This document shows, in pieces, positions 62,411 to 64,000 of a stretch of 64,000 nucleotides of DNA. The notes under the pieces were generated by a model. It was not told the origin of the DNA. It saw nothing but the letters and a program-made list of their open reading frames with translations, and ran no database searches. The stretch lies in contig NC_043005.1 of the NCBI RefSeq assembly GCF_006345805.1, forward strand, positions 43,152,001-43,216,000, written 5' to 3'. Within the stretch, counting starts at the first letter, position 1. Every line of letters starts with the position of its first letter. This stretch comes from Octopus sinensis (Eukaryota). Made by a program: the position numbers and the translations under genes.

Positions 62411-62808
62411 AGGCGTAGGAGTGGCTGTTGTGGTAAGTAGCTTACTTACGAACCACATGGTTCCGGGTTCAGTCCCACTGCATGGCACCTTCGGCAAGTG
62501 TCTTCTACTAATAACCTAGGGCTGACCAAAGCCTTGTGAGTGGATTTGGTAGACGGAAACTGAAAGAAGCCCGTGTGTGTGTGTGTATGTGTATATGTTT
62601 GTGTGTCTGTGCTTGTCCCCCCCCAACATCGCTTGACAACCGTGTGTTTACGTCACCGTCCGTCTCTTAGCGGTTCGGCAAAAGAGAGCGATAGAATAAG
62701 TACTGGGCTTACAAAGAATAAGTCCCGGGGTCGATTTGTTCGACTAAAGGCGGTGCTCCAGCATGGCCGCAGTCAAATGACTGAAACAAGTAAAAGAGTA
62801 AAAGAGAG
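62411..62808 (+). mobile_element. Young, near full-length SINE family A
   Basis: CpG-rich complete head, body and AAAAGAG tail. Confidence 0.9.
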
Positions 62809-62809
62809 A

Positions 62810-62884
62810 TATCCTGTCCCCTCTCTCGCTGTCTCTCCCACATAAATCTCTAGTTCTTCTGCCTTTCTCTTTTTCTCTCCCCCT

Positions 62885-62917
<33 letters not shown>

Positions 62918-63892
62918 CTCAATACCTCTTACTTCTCTGCTTCTTCCTTAACTCATTACAGTTTTCCATTTCTAGTTCTTTTTCTGTCTGCTTCTCCCTT
63001 TCTCTCATTAAAATTTCCCTCTGTCCATCTTTATCTCTTTCTCTCTCTCTCTCATTTACTTTCTCTCTCTTTATCTGTCTGCCTGTCTCTCTTTCTATCA
63101 CTTCATTAACTATATTTATCTCCCCCTCTTTCTCTATCTCTGTCTTTCTCTCTACACTTCTCATCCCTCTTCCTTCCCCTCTCCTTAAATTATGTTCTTT
63201 CAAGTAACTGGCCTACTATTCTTTCTCTCCTCCTCATTCTTTACTTTCTCTCTTCTGTCTGTCTGTCTGTTTGTCTCTCTCTGTTCCTCTCTTACACGTT
63301 TCCCCACACATACACACACACGCATACATACTCACCCAAATACAAACAAAAACACACTCACACGACCATTCACACATGCACATCTGTACTCACGCAAATA
63401 CACATGCGCACATACATAAATACACGACGCGCACACTAATACAGTTAAAAAAAAAAGAATTCACACGCAAATATACATCCTATTGCAGTAAAAAACCCCA
63501 AAAATGCACAGAACGTGTAAGTCATGCACGTACGTACGAAATAATGTTCAACTGTTCACGGACACAGAAAACATATGCAATCATGCACAGACACACACAC
63601 GTGTGTGTGCACATGCAAACACATACACGCACATACAAACTTACCTTAAGTCATTCACGTGTACAGAAAACACATGCAATCAAGCACACTCACCTACACA
63701 CATACACAAACACACCCACTCACACATGCACTTTCATGCATACACATGTATACACACACGTGTGCGTGTATGTATGTGCACATGCATACATACACACACG
63801 TGTGCATGTATGTATGTATGTATGTGCATATACAGACACATACACACAAACTTGCATTAAGTCATTCACGTGTACAGAAAACATACAATCAG

Positions 63893-63925
<33 letters not shown>

Positions 63926-63975
63926 CACACATGCTCATACATGCACACACACATACACACACACACACATTCTCG
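62810..63975. repeat. CT-rich then CA-rich low-complexity tract
   Basis: Directly visible; source of the ERE-rich and HTHT ORFs. Confidence 0.9.
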
Positions 63976-64000
63976 CAACAGGGACACAAACGTCCAGCAG

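Noticed and set aside
277-63989. Most ORFs in the supplied track (IYIY, HTHT, CVCV, ERER and SINE-derived ORFs)
   Set aside because: They are translations of microsatellites or SINE/MITE sequence with no domain signal

Overview
AT-rich animal genomic DNA dominated by microsatellites and interspersed repeats. The repeat families (tRNA-derived SINEs, RTE-type 3' ends ending in (GAT)n, TTAA-flanked and hAT-type MITEs) are ones I associate with octopus/coleoid cephalopod genomes; this is recognition from memory, not a database result. I found no recognisable host protein-coding exon, rRNA, true tRNA or CRISPR array. Almost all ORFs in the track are microsatellite or transposon artefacts. Recognisable coding remnants are a mariner transposase C-terminus (54.7-55.1 kb), RTE LINE ORF2 3' ends (29.5-30.1, 32.0-32.4, 35.5-36.3 kb) and weaker Merlin-like and LINE endonuclease-like traces. 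The most notable observations are: (1) an intact 124-aa ORF with three C2H2 zinc fingers at the end of an otherwise disabled RTE element, next to a 62-bp inverted duplication; (2) a ~315-bp fold-back element with a perfect 39-bp stem whose arms read as a decayed minimal hammerhead ribozyme, suggesting a Penelope-like origin; (3) a 737-bp tandem-unit cassette inserted with a 15-bp target-site duplication inside a MITE; (4) a near-identical ~907-bp tandem duplication bounded by (TA)n; (5) several minus-strand TATA/5' splice-site signals and motif-dense unique islands at 12-31 kb, suggesting the non-coding 5' region of a long gene; (6) two perfect 15-bp hairpins sharing a CCATAAAC/GTTTATGG core. 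Repeat boundaries are read by eye and approximate unless a TSD or TIR is quoted. SINE family letters A-E are my own labels for this window.
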